In this document: one piece after another, positions 1 through 12,929 of the stretch | How the letters are laid out: each line of letters starts with the position of its first letter | How positions within the stretch are numbered: position 1 is the first letter of the stretch | NCBI RefSeq assembly: GCF_006345805.1 | Contig: NC_042998.1 | Coordinates: forward strand, 73,656,001-73,720,000 | Reading direction: 5' to 3' | DNA length: 64,000 nt | Source of the DNA: Octopus sinensis | Taxonomy: Eukaryota | Translations under genes and position numbers: made by a program | Notes under the pieces: model-generated | Seen by the model: the letters and a program-made list of their open reading frames with translations, nothing else | Database searches by the model: none | Told to the model about the DNA's origin: nothing

Positions 1-141
1 TTAATACTGATACCTCAAACGTTTTGTGAGATATTGCCTTGTGTAAGAAGAAACTGCTGATTCTATGTGTATGACTGACTGTATTAATAACGCAATATTC
101 AATTTTAGAATATTTTGAAATAAAATTTTATCTTTAATAAC

Positions 142-717
142 ATGAGATTTTTAGGCGGCACCAACGAGGATATTAAGACGAGAATAAGTAAGGCAAGGAC
201 CGCTTTTCACCTGTTAAAGAAAGTATGGAGCGCAAGTGTAATTTCAATAAAGAACAAAATAGGAATTTTTAACACTAACGTAAAAGCGGTGTTATTGTAT
301 AGGGCTGAGACATGGCGAACAACAGTTAAGTCAAATAAGCAATTACAATCATTCATCAACAGATACTGCTTGCGTAGTATACTTAAAATTAGATGGCCTG
401 AATACATAAGCAATATGGAGCTATGGCAAAGAACAAATGAAGTTTCGAATAGGAAGCAAATATTTAAGAAAAAGTGGAAGTGGATTGATAGCACAATTAG
501 AAAAGACACACCAAATGTAGCGGAAAGTGCTTTACACTGGAAACCGGACGGATATAGTAGAGGTAGGCCTAAGAACTCGTGGCGGAGATCAACACAAAAG
601 GTGCTAGAGAAAGGGGGACATTCATGGCAGAGTATAAGTACAGAAGCGAAAAATTATGCGACAGGGAATACAACTATAAGTAGCCTATACTCCGCGTTGG
701 AGGGTTAAAGGCATAAA
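142..717 (+). mobile_element. RTE-clade LINE, 3' fragment (C-terminus of RT ORF)
   Basis: ORF 142-708 has motifs typical of the RTE post-RT region: DIKTRISKARTAF, IFNTNVKAVLLY.AETW, CLRSILKIRWP..ISN.ELW.RT, KWKWI, RGRPKNSWRRS. 5'-truncated. Confidence 0.8.
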
Positions 718-1155
718 GAATTAAAAGACATGAGGTTTTAGTTAAAAGTGGTTACCTCACAGATTTTACTTCTCCGTGGGTGATCATTGGAATCAATTCG
801 ATTAGTTACTGAACTTATTTGGACTTCATCGCTGACTAAATACTCGCATATATATATTTATTCTCGATGAGATTTGTAGTTTATTGTTACTGTAGTATAG
901 CCAAATTTAGACATGGCTAAAAGTGTTCATCTTATTTGAATAGAATTATAGGATTGTTATAAATAAATTTCTCACAAAGTCAGCACATGCACTGGTATGC
1001 AAATTAGACAGGCCAGTTTAGTTATTTTGGTTATGCGCGCTTGTTTCTCCTCCAAGGTCTGTGCTGATGTATGGGGATGCGTTACTTTCTATTATTACAT
1101 ATGACACCGAGATTTGAGTTTTGAGATACAGAAGATTGACGAACCGAATTAATTA

Positions 1156-1381
1156 TACTGGTTTCAAATTTTGGGACAAGGCCAACGATTTCGGGGTAAG
1201 TCGATTGCATCAACAAAAGTACTTGACTGATACTGCTTAACTGATACTTATTTTATTAACGCCGAAACGATGACGGGAAAAATCGACCGCGGTTGAACTT
1301 GAACTCAGAGCATCAAGATGGACGGAATACCGCTGAGCATTTTGCACGACCTGTTAACAATTCTGCGAGCTCGCTACCTTG
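1156..1381 (-). mobile_element. tRNA-derived SINE, family S1 (diverged copy)
   Basis: Reverse complement matches the S1 copies at 21458 and 8911 (head aaggtagcgagctcgcagaa, B-box-like gagttcaagttc, tail ccttgtcccaaaatttgaaaccag). Confidence 0.75.
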
Positions 1382-2142
1382 GCCGAATTAATTATACTAA
1401 TACAAAGCATTATCGGACAACTTCAGTCCCGTCGCTTCACTTACTTACTACGCACTTCCGATGCGACTAATGGGCAGAGGCTTTCTGTGTATATAGAGAG
1501 AGCTAAATTGAATCAACTAAAAGAAATGTTTCTTTGGACTATTATCAGGTAGTTGATCAATATTGTTGAAAATACATTTACTCGTGGATCAATACTATGC
1601 TCCGACAGTTGGCGTCCTAATGATGGGATGCAGTTATTAGCTCATGCAAACGGTAATGATACATAATGATGCAATTTTCTTCCTAACCACGTGATCTTTT
1701 TAAGAGGGGTATTAATCTAAAACACACATCGCTCCAAAGTACGTATAATTATTTACAGTTTCGCACGAAATTACACACACAAGCTTATGTGTCTCTGTTC
1801 GTATGAGCAGACACAGTGTGAGCAGACAGACATATACGCACACGGAAAGACATACCATAAAAATATTCACAGTTTTATGTTTTAAAATCTATACACTTTA
1901 ATGATAATATTGTCCCTCTCAGATTACGAAAAAAATTTTTGACAGCAAAATAAATTCGCCAGCTGTGACAAAATAAATAGAGCTTCAGCTGCATAATTAC
2001 ATTGCGGTGTATTTCAAATCATAATAACCAGCATATACCACATTATCGCACATTATAATGCAAACGCATTAGCAAGAGCATAATTATGTAAAACAGCTTA
2101 AATCAAAGACAAAATATATATTCCTGTGCGCTACATTCTTAT

Positions 2143-2632
2143 TGTTGTGTGACCCCCTTCGGTCATGAATGACCTAGAATGTTACCCTCCGAGGCACAAG
2201 TCTGGGCAAGGTTGTTTATGGAAGACCAGCAGTCGCCCATGCATACCAGCCTTCCCTCTACACGCCACCGATGTTATCCAGGGGAAAAGCGAAGGGGCCG
2301 ATACAGCTTGGCACCAGTGATGTCGCAGCTCATTTATTAACGTGCAAGTGGCTGAGCACTCCACAGACACGTGTACCTCTAACGTAGTTCTTGGGGAGAT
2401 TCAGCTTGACACAGGCTGTGACAAGGCTGGCCCTTTGAAATACAGGTACAACAGAAACAGGAAGAAAGAGTGGTGAAAGAGTACAGCAGGGTTCGCCACC
2501 ACCCCCTGCCGGAGCCTCGTGGAGCTTTAGGTGTTTTCGCTCAATAAACACTCACAATGCCCGGTCTGGGGATCGAAACCGCGATCCTACGACCGCGAGT
2601 CCGCTGCCCTAACCATTGGGCCATTGCACCTC
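2143..2632 (-). mobile_element. tRNA-derived SINE, family S3, long form
   Basis: Minus-strand head gaggtgcaatggcccaatggttagggcagcggactc...ggtttcgatcccc has A- and B-box-like motifs. The head is shared with 14318-14603 and the middle module with 46490-46801. Confidence 0.8.
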
Positions 2633-3080
2633 AACCCTACATTCTTATATATACATACAAACATACATGATGTTTGCTCTATGAGTGAGACATGTGTACG
2701 TCACTGAATTTAAGTGACAAGAGCTTGTGCAACACATTTGGCATTCTCTCACCATAGTAGATTGCAATGACAAGTATTGCAAAAAGGAAGATATTTTGAC
2801 TGCAAGTTTTATGTCACGGTATCGTTCTTCAAGAAGAGCTGCCTTCCTTGCGGCTTTGTCAAAAATAACAGGAGCTTTCTCCATCCTTGGCAGAGGGGGC
2901 CCAGATAGGTGCTACCGTTCCTCGTCAGAACAGAGTTGGGAGTAATAAGGATTAAGGGGTCAGGCCTAGCTCCTCACAACTCCAGGACTCCCGAACTGAA
3001 ACCTCATCTCCGGATGCACTTTAATGTCCTACCCAGGACAAACAAATATACACAGAGGAATACATACATGCATAGATATG

Positions 3081-3101
3081 TAGGTAGATCGATAGATAGA
3101 C

Positions 3102-3186
<85 letters not shown>

Positions 3187-3601
3187 ATTATTTTATGAGA
3201 CATTATGGTGCACTCAAACGAAACGAAATGCTGTTTGTTAGACTCAGTCCAAATAAAACATGCAGGCACCTAGTTTCTTTTAGCTCTTTATACTAAGTAG
3301 CCTGATGTGTTTCTTTCAGCAGATAACCACTCGGACTGGGTTTAGATAGATAGACAGATCGATAGATTGATAGATAGATAGAGAGAGAGTGTGTGTGTGT
3401 GTGTGCGAATGTGTGTGTGTGAGATAGATAGATAGATAGGTAGATAAACGTACATACATACATGCATACATACACACGCATACATACATATATCCATACA
3501 TACATACATACATACATACATGCATACATCCATACATCCATACATACATACATACATATATACATACATACATACATACATACATACATACATACATACA
3601 T
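3081..3601. repeat. Compound microsatellites (GATA)n, (GACA)n, (GT)n, (TACA)n
   Basis: Visible arrays at 3081-3185 and 3345-3601. Confidence 0.95.
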
Positions 3602-4542
3602 AGGAGTCTTTAGTGAATGACGCCAAAGCTCTCGTCTATTCCCATACTATTAGCAATGAATATTTATCTAAATGCCAGCTCACATAACTGGTTCTATAGT
3701 AACGCAAAAATCTGCGAATATTAATGTAAATAATCTATAGAATATTTCAGTTGTCCACCCATGCATACAAGCTGCTTTTATCATGCAAGATAACCCTCAA
3801 TATTGGTTATCACTCGTTAAAATAATTACAGAAATATCCAACGACCAGAAATTGATTTTCACCAATCTATGCAAATCAAAAGCACTCAATGGTTTTTAAC
3901 TTAAGTAAATAGATTATTGTTATTATTATTGTTTCTCTTAGTTGTGCTCCTTTAACATTAAGCCACTTACCATCATATATTCCTCCTTTGTTCCGTGTAG
4001 AAACCAAGCCTACTTCATTCTAGTTTTATTTATTTGCCATTAACCAGCGTTAGTCTCCAGCTCCATCTCGTTTCAAGCAGAATACGATATTCAGATAAAA
4101 CTAATATCTGAGATATATTGCCGTGTAACGGAGCAATTAAGGCAGCATCTTTGGAAAATGGTTTAAAGCTTGCTATAATATTCAATTAAGAGTATATCAT
4201 AGAGTCACCGGCAGTTCAACAATAACCGTCCATTCAGTTCAGCTTTGCATATGGTTTGCATAAAGTCGAAGAGTGCAGTATACTGGTTTCATTTTGCATT
4301 ATATAAATTCACATTATAGTTTCCTATATAATGCAGCTTTAAAATGGCACTAATTTTAAAAGAACTTCAACAAATGCACTGAGGCTCCCCCAGACATCGA
4401 TAACATTAAAAATGATTATTATTAACATTGTTGTAAATATTATTGTTATAATTTTTATACTCAACATGGGAAAAAGTAATACAAATCAGTATACAATGTA
4501 ATATGCGTGTATATGTATGCACATACACATACGTACATACAT

Positions 4543-4615
<73 letters not shown>

Positions 4616-4683
4616 TGTACGTATGCATGTATACAATCTCATCCACGCGCATACATACATTACCTCTTATATACCTACCACTT

Positions 4684-4957
4684 TTTTACTTGTGTTAGAC
4701 ATTAGACTACAGGCATGTTAGGGCACGACCTTGAAGAATATTAGTCGAACGAATCGACCCCAGTATTTTTTATACCCTGATACGTATTATATCGGTCTTC
4801 TTCGCCGAAGCGCCCAGTCACAAGGATGTAAACATATTAACCTCGGTTGACAAGGAATGTTAGAGACAAACACAGACAGAATCATACATACACACACACA
4901 AACACACAGAGACACACATACATACAAAACGCACACACATACACACAAAACGCACAC

Positions 4958-5033
<76 letters not shown>

Positions 5034-5226
5034 GTGTGTGCGTGCGTAAATGCGTGTGTGTGAGTGAGACGGACTTCTGTACAACTCCGTCTATCAAATC
5101 CACTCACAAAGCTTTGGTCACCTGAGGCTATAACAGAAGATACTTGGCAAGGTACCACGCAGTGGGATTGAATCCAGAACCATATGGTTGGGAAGCAAAT
5201 TTCTTAGCATACAGCCATGCCTGCAT
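4684..5226 (-). mobile_element. CORE-like SINE, family S2, with internal (TA)/(CA) microsatellite
   Basis: Head 5065-5226, microsatellite 4876-5060, tail 4684-4875. Same three-part layout as 36596-37000. The segment gtaccttgccaagtatcttctgttatagcctcagg resembles the CORE domain (..accttgggcaagt..). Confidence 0.8.
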
Positions 5227-5775
5227 ACATATTACAATTAGAATTTTAAGACACAGCTAAAAGATCTGATAGAATAATAATATATAATAGACATGAGTAC
5301 AACATTAAAAAATGGTTACTAGAGACACTGCTTAACATCAGACGACATTCAATGAAGAAATCTTCTAAAAGTATTAAGAAGATACCAACTTTTGCGAAAG
5401 AATCTAGAAAAAGGTAAACAAGGCCCTGCTTGTAAATAGCCAAGGCAAGATACTAAATTTTAAAATCCGTCATCGGAAAAGTCTAAATGGAATTAGTAAG
5501 GCTAAAAACACGTGTGCATATCTGCTAAATTTTGTTGCCGTGGATATTTGTTACAGAAACATATTGTGACAGTGTTTCTAAACAGGTTCGTACAGCGTCT
5601 CAAGGTACAGAGGTTTGAAAGGGCAGTGAGCAAAATTATATTACACGGTGGTGGAATTCTTTTAGAAGCATGAAAAGACAATGACCAAATTTGAAACTCA
5701 TCATGAGGTAAGTCAGTATATTAAAAGATTAGACTATGCCGCCATATTAGATTAAATTTTAATCTTATAATAGAA

Positions 5776-5995
5776 AAGGCAGCGAGCTGCAAGAATTATT
5801 AGCACACAAGTCAAAATACTAAGCAACATTTCGTCTGTCTTTACATTCTGAGTTCAAATTCCACGGCGGTGGTCTTTTCCTTTCATCCTTTCGAAGTCGA
5901 TAAAATAAGTACCATTTGAACACTGGGGTCGATGTGGTCGACTTATCCCCTCCCTCAGAAATTGCTGGCATTGCGCCAAAAGTTGAAACCAATAT
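5776..5995 (+). mobile_element. SINE S1
   Basis: aaggcagcgagctg...ctgagttcaaattcc...ctttcatcctttcg...ggggtcgat...gaaaccaata. Confidence 0.8.
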
Positions 5996-6005
5996 TTTAA
6001 TAGAT

Positions 6006-6200
6006 AAGGCAGCGAACTGGCAGAATCGTAAGGTGATACTTAGCGGCATTACTTCCTGCTTTCTAGTTCTAAGTTCAAATTTCCCCGAGTTCACATCCTT
6101 TCGAGATCGATAAAATAACTACCAATTCACTCCTTGGGTTGATAATATCGACTTTCCCTTCTTGAAGCTGTTGATTTTATGTTAAAATGTGATACAACAT
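6006..6200 (+). mobile_element. SINE S1 (second tandem copy, more diverged)
   Basis: aaggcagcgaactggcagaatcg...aagttcaaatt...catcctttcgagatcgataaaataactacc. Confidence 0.7.
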
Positions 6201-6379
6201 TTTAATATAAAATAATTAAAATGTTTGGTTTAAAACATAGAGATACCTTAGTATACCATTAACACCAGAGTGCATTTCATTCACTAAAACCCAAATATCA
6301 TAGCATCACTCATTGTGTGGTAGTCTGGATTTTTAAATCAAATGGACTCTTGGATGTCCACCTCGGCGTGAACCTGAAT

Positions 6380-7810
6380 TTCTGAAAATAAACGCTTTGT
6401 CCGGACTTGAATTGGGTGCTGTCCATTTCAAGTATCCGTTGAAAGGTGAAATTTAGCACACAACTTGACGAAACGATTACAGAAAACAATATCCATAAAG
6501 AAACGTTCACATGTAGATGATCATTAACACATAAGGAAAAGATAGATGCACTGTTTTATGTTTCATCTATAACAGGTTACCAATCTCGTCAGTCATCATA
6601 TATGAAAAATGAAATACCTGAAATATTCGAAAATTACTATGTAATTCATCGCAGAACATTGTCGTTAAAATGCTTAGAAAGCAGTTGTCTTCAAACCCGG
6701 CCTTAGACATATTTGCTGTTAAGAAAATAAATCTCGGGTCTTGAAACCAAGCGTTTAAGTCCTGAGCTTTAATTATGTTAACAGTAAATACCACTGAAGC
6801 CAGGTTTTAAGGCATTTATGCATTAAGGCTTTAAGAAGCCTAGTGTGTTCCGACACTCTTGGATTTTCATTTATAAATCGTCATTATAAACTAACGAAAG
6901 GCACTGAACAGATTCGTGGAGAAATGGTTTATTTAGTTCTTATTTATGGTGACATAAACAACCTCGCTTTTCAAATGCAAGGAATGAATTTTAATCTAAT
7001 ACATGCTAAGAATGCAATCAACACCTTTATAAATAAAGTTGGACTGTACAAGCGAAAACTTAGCGGAAGGGAAGTCTATCAATTTCCATTGATGAATAAC
7101 CCTTCACACTTATTTACAGAAGATAACTTTAGGACCCGGAGAGCACATTTGCAAAAATTGGAGGAAGATTTTGAGACAAGATTTATTGATTTGAGTAAAC
7201 TGAGGATTTAATGGGGAAAAAAACATTTTTTTTTCAAAATAGAACAAAAAATAAAGATTTACGGAGGAGATCATCATTGATTTAAAGAATAAAGAAGAAT
7301 TAAAGAAGGTTTTCGAAAATCAAAGCTTGTTTGAAATGTAGTTCTAATACAGTTTTAAGTATACTATATTGTCAAATGAAAGCAAGTTATTTTTTTTATG
7401 TTCTTTTCCATCCTCCTATACGGCGAAATAAGGATTTCAACAAGGTATATCAAATTTTGAACGAAGAAAAGAAACCGAATGTAAGTAGTATAGCATTAGT
7501 ATTTGTAACTTCTTAATAAATTTGAAACTAAATATTGCAACATTTGCAGCCGGTCATCAGCCACATAGATCACATTAATGAACGTCTGCTATTTCAATTA
7601 TTTATGTTTTAATCATTAATAAATGATGTGTGCTTTCACAAATATTCTGTTTATATTAGCATTATTGAAAGTGTACCTTATAATGAAATAGTAATAATGT
7701 TTCTAATTATTTCAAATTCAATTACAAGCTATATTACATATGGGTAGAATTAAGAAATAGTAGTTAGCATTCATATATCTGAGGTATTTGAAAAAACTTT
7801 TGGGAAACAC
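6380..7810 (+). mobile_element. Decayed hAT (Charlie/SPIN-type) transposase and right end
   Basis: Broken + strand frames give KFSTQLDET (about 6448-6475), YVIHRR (CxxH-like, about 6638), NNLAFQMQG.NFNLIHAKNAINTFINK...QFP (ORF 6843) and C-terminal QPHRSH* (about 7558-7578). The ending aaaaactttgggaaacac resembles a Charlie terminus. Confidence 0.75.
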
Positions 7811-7832
7811 GGTCACAACCAGCTACACAGAA

Positions 7833-8027
7833 TAATCCTTTCTACAATAGGACCAAGGCCTTAAATTTTGGGGGAGGGGGTCAGTCGATTAATCGACCCC
7901 AGTATGCAACTGGTACTTAATTTATCGACCCCGAAAGGATGAAAGGCAAAGTCGACCTCGGCGGAATTTGAACTCAGAACGTAAGGACAGACGAAAAACA
8001 GTTAAGCATTTCGCCACCTCGCCGCCT
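7833..8027 (-). mobile_element. SINE S1
   Basis: Near-consensus S1 in reverse (atcgaccccgaaaggatgaaaggcaaagtcgacctcggcggaatttgaactcagaacg). Confidence 0.9.
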
Positions 8028-8767
8028 TCAGATACACAGAATAGTAAATTTAGATAAGCTTGAGTGTTGGGCGCTGAAACACACTTATTTATATTTCATG
8101 AAATTTTTTATCAATATGAATATGATTTCTCAAAGCTATATAGAAACTATGAATTTTGGATGACAATTAAACGTATTATACAATACAACATGTGCTATAT
8201 CAAGAAACCACGAAAATCACCCTCTCAACCGGCATTGTGGACGTTTGTATCCGTTCTCTACAAGATAATCTATATATACAGAGGTCAGACGGCTTAAGAC
8301 TCCATCTCTGGCCAATGTTAGCAGTAGACAAAATTGCTAGTGAGAGAAATAAAATCTACTTGCATCAAATGCGCTGATGACTTATACATTGTGACATATA
8401 TGGATGAAGAAGCTGATAGAAGATTTTGAATGTATCTCTTTTCTTACATTTGTGATCATATCTCTAACCTAAATTCGGAGAGTAGACTAACTAAATAAAA
8501 AAAAAGAAACAGTAAATTACAGTTTATACAAAAAATCATAGATATGTTATATATGGGCGGTGACAGTGAATGTCCCAATAGATATAAAATATTTGTAGTC
8601 GAATCTCTTTTTAGTCATGTTTATAATTTTTTCTCCCTTACAGAAGCCTTAAATAAGAATATCCTACACGTAAGACAAAACTTAGTTAATAATGGGTACC
8701 TAATTGTTTAGTAAACCAGGTCCTACAATAATACAAGTATAAATTAAATTACACGGATATATCCGTG

Positions 8768-8893
8768 TAATCGACACCGAAAGGATGAAAGGCAAAGTCA
8801 ACCTCGGCGGAATTTGAACTCAGAACGTAAAGAGAGACGAAATACCACTAAGCATCTCGCCCGGCGTGCTAACGTTTCTGCCAGCTCACCGCA
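8768..8893 (-). mobile_element. SINE S1, 5' half
   Basis: gaaaggatgaaaggcaaagtcaacctcggcggaatttgaactcagaacg...gccagctcaccgc. Confidence 0.85.
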
Positions 8894-8910
8894 TTATAGT
8901 TAACATATAT

Positions 8911-9127
8911 ACTTTTCTACTCTAGGCACAAGGCCGGAAATTTTTGGAGAGGGGGGGCAGTCGATTAGATCGACCCCAGTATGCAACTGACACTTAATTT
9001 ATCGACCCCGAAAGGATGAAAGGCAAAGTCGACCTCGGTGGAATTTGAACTCAGGACGTAAAGACAGACGAAATACCGCTAAGCATTTCGCCCCGGCATG
9101 CTAACGTTTCTGTCCGCTCACCGCCTT
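8911..9127 (-). mobile_element. SINE S1, full length, flanked by direct repeat
   Basis: Full S1. ttatagttaacatatat occurs at 8894-8910 and 9126-9142. Confidence 0.9.
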
Positions 9128-9527
9128 ATAGTTAACATATATTGCAATGACAAGAATGAAAAGATTCCTCATCAACAGGAAGCCACAAACTATCGTTCCA
9201 CCGAACGTACTTTCCGTCAAACTCTTTAAGAGATTCTAATGGGAATATGAAAGTTGTAAACTTCATTATTCAAACTATTAAATCGTATGCACAATATGGC
9301 TCCTAGTCGATAGTTTACCGTTTGCGTGTAACCACCTAAGTTCATTGAAACTCATAACACTAAAACGTGTTATAGTAGTTGACAACACCAAGGTTTGTAG
9401 AATTCCACAAAAAAAGAATAAAAGAATAAGTAAGCGTTACTGTTAGTAAATCTGCATAAAACAGGTCTAAATTACAATACTAAATTTAATACAACCATAG
9501 ATTTAAATACACGTGTATATTATATAA

Positions 9528-11272
9528 CATCAGGCAACAAATTCTAACTTCTCTTTGTTACAGACATGTAAAATACTGAACCTTACCAAATTTCTGATGC
9601 TAATTTCAGATCTGATGTCTAAATTTATTATCACGTTCAGATTTTGTTTAACTGAAAACCCTTATTTTTCTTTTTTTTTTTTCTCACTCGCTTCTGTTAA
9701 GAAAGCTGTCTAAGCTACGTTTCCCTGCTACGTTTCATGCTAAGCATACTTAAATAATTAGTGAACTAGGATGTCTTTCCTCCTTTTCAAGCTTAAGACA
9801 GACAGTGGGATTTCGCTGGCAGAATTGCAACTCCTGCACCCAACCATCCTCCCAAGACACGTTAGTATTTTGTTGTTACTACCAAAAGGCACCTTCCTGT
9901 TTTTAAGTGAAACCATGGTGTTTCTTCTTCCTTTGTCGCTTGCAGGATGATGAGCTCTCCTACTGCACGAATCAACAATAATCTCCTCTAATATTTGAAA
10001 TTACTTTCATATCAGTTTTCCCGAACTGAGATCTGTTGGTAGAAGCGCTCACAGTGCTTGTCACTCAAAGTCCCAAGGTTGGCGGGGAAGAAGTCAAGAT
10101 GAGAATGTAAAAAAGGAATTTTCATAGACATTTTTTCATAATTTTTAAGCATGCTTTCTACGAGTTCATGATGGTTTTCAGCTTTGTGGTTTCCAAGAAA
10201 ATGTTTGATAACTTCAACAAGAGATGCCCATGTTCTTAGTTCATTCTCATTTAGATTAGATGGAAACGATGAGTCGTGGATGACACTGCAGATTTGTTGT
10301 CCAGTGAAAACTCCAGTTCTAACTTAGCATCTGTCAAAATCCTTTTGAATATAAAGAATATTGAAAACCACAACCTTGATGATCCATACATTTCACGAAG
10401 TTTAATGTGAAGTGGGGGAAGATATACTTTCTGAGGTTCAATAAGTGCTGGGTGTTTCACATTTTGTTTACTAACAACATGTTCAGTTCTAATCATGGTT
10501 TTGCAGTGGTTCTTGTTATCTCTGCTGTTCCATAAATACAAAAAGCACATATGCTTTGTGTAACCCAACTGTAATCCAACAAGTAATGATACAACTTTAA
10601 GGTAGCCACAAATATTCCATATATGATCCTTATATTTAATGAGTCAAATGAACAGTTGCATTGATTCATGAGTTTCATTAAGGCTAGTGATATCATGGCA
10701 GAAACAAACATTGGCCTCTTGGCGAAAATGGGAAACTTCTGAGCTTGAGTGGAGAATATATCATTCTTGAAGTCTGGAATCAAGCAACTTTGCCTTTTCT
10801 TTTGGTAATTCCAAATCCGCTTGACTTGACAAATGTGGTGACTAACCGCATCAGAAACATATAAGTCATCTTTCCCTATTTCTATATCACTAGTAGAATC
10901 TTCAGATGAGCTGCTGTCTGCAACAACCTCCCTACTTGATTATCACATAACGACTGACCGTTGGGTCGTTACTGTGCTCTTGACTCCGTGTTCCCAACTC
11001 AGGAAAAATTTTATTGATCAAAATCGTTAGAATTTGTATATTGTTAGCAAACAAAAGTTACATTAACCTTGAAAAGTAAGTTTCATATTATTGGCATTAA
11101 ACCGATTAAAACCAAAATCTGGATGTGATAGAAAATTTGACCAAGTGATTTGCATTTTACATAAAATCTAGACGTGATAGAAAACATCTAATTATAGATT
11201 TGAAATCAGCATACCAATATTAGCAAGGAACACCTATTTTTTCTTCTGTAACAAAATCTTTGTTGCCAAGTG
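9528..11272 (-). mobile_element. Decayed Chapaev3 (CMC) DNA transposon with about 110-bp imperfect TIRs
   Basis: Minus-strand frames give KVYLPPLHIKL and MSMKIPFLHSHLDFFPANLGTLSDKHCERFYQQIS. The termini catcaggcaacaaa (9528) and reverse complement cacttggcaacaaa (11272) continue as aligned TIRs (ttgttacaga...tatcacgt..agatttt). Confidence 0.8.
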
Positions 11273-11379
11273 CAATATAAAATATACCATGATAACCACT
11301 ACAACTAACAGTTGTATAACTTTTAACCCGGTGTTGATGATCTTATCTTGAAAATAGAGCAACACAGTCACGTATTTTC

Positions 11380-12190
11380 AATGAAGAGAGCGAAATATTG
11401 AAGTGTCTAGTGAGTATTTCATAAGGGCTACCCCTGAAGCATGCATTTTGAGGGAGATGGAGGAAATTGAACTGGACCAGCCAGCTTAATGGTTGCAGTG
11501 TTTGATTTTCTTTAATTTTTTTTCTTGCAAGTGGAGGATTATAAGTAAGCAGTGGTGAAAGAGATAGAGTTGAGGTGGGTGTTTATTGGAAGCATGCTAT
11601 CGGGTGCAGTGTAACTTCCTGATGTGATTTAACTTACTTTACTCCTACAGTAGTCAACCATTTTATGAAACATGATCAGAACTAATCTAACATCGCCACT
11701 CAGGAAATTGACGACTTGATGTCACTTTACTGCATGAGAAACCATAGAGTTGTTGCAATTAGATTGCAAACCACTCCCATAACTAATCCCAGACGTTGAC
11801 TTAACTAATAACAGGTGATTGCTTGTAGTAGGAAGCACATCAAGCGTTTCACATGAAAGGAAGTGTAACCTGCAGTTTTTTTTATATTCCACAACAGGTT
11901 GGTTAGCCTCTGCCATATCCTATGCTATTAAATAACTCTGCTTATCAAAGCTAATAGCTTTTTCAACACTATGCCTTCCCTTGAAATGGCAAATCTCAGT
12001 ACAGACACCTTTTTATCTACCCTTGATATCCTGTTTCAAATAACTCCCGCCATATTGGTACACTCAGACCTACTTAACTATTCTGTAAACATTGAGAATC
12101 ATTTCTTTCTGGATGTGCAAACGGTAAGAACTACACCCACTGACGTATCAGTTGATTCTATGGTCATCTTCAAACGAATCCAGGTTTTAA
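11380..12190 (-). mobile_element. Decayed retroviral-type (gypsy/Ginger-like) integrase
   Basis: Scattered minus-strand frames in the expected order: IKRCLY (zinc-binding-like), HLLLVKSTSG, KLHCTR*HAS (cf. KLH.AY.PQSS), ENQTLQ (cf. ERMNQTLK), GSPYEILTR (cf. G.SPYEILFGR). Many stops and frameshifts. Confidence 0.5.
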
Positions 12191-12708
12191 GAACTTAAAG
12201 CGTCCCGGAATTAGCGTTTTATTATTGTTATTTAAACATAAAAAGAAACTCATTAATTTTGTCCCCATCACATAATTTCAGGCTAAAGATATTAGAGCAG
12301 TTGTTGACTAGAGCGTTACTGCCTGTAAAAGAAACGTGAAAAGAATCATAAGTTCAAATTAGTGTAGTTTGTGAGCCACAATGATGTTTTCTGTTAAAGG
12401 CTTGGTGCTAGGAGACATAGAATAGCCGATGTGTGAGAAAGGCAGGTGAATGAAGTAGGCTAGTCGGCAGGTAGTACGAAATTTGTAACCCCAAAGAAAC
12501 ATAGACAATTATATTAGTAATGCTGCGGGCCTTTATCAAGTGAGGGTAATGCTTTGCAGAGAGAATCTTTGTCTCATCAGCATGTGTGTGCCTGTGTGTG
12601 TGTGTGTTTTATAGCGGAATAGGTGTGATAGATAGACTAGGCTAGACTGACAGAAAGACGGACATATACAGATTGATAGGTAGACAGACAGACAGACAGA
12701 TAGATAGG

Positions 12709-12775
<67 letters not shown>

Positions 12776-12929
12776 AATTGATCCCTTTCAAATATCTGTC
12801 TTCTAGATTATCATAAATAATTCTTTACAAGACTGATTTTTGCTTCTTAAATATGTTGTAATAATGCTGGAACACTCGTATAGGCAAAAGCATTTTATGC
12901 TATTAACAAATAATTGAGTAGCAGAAAAC

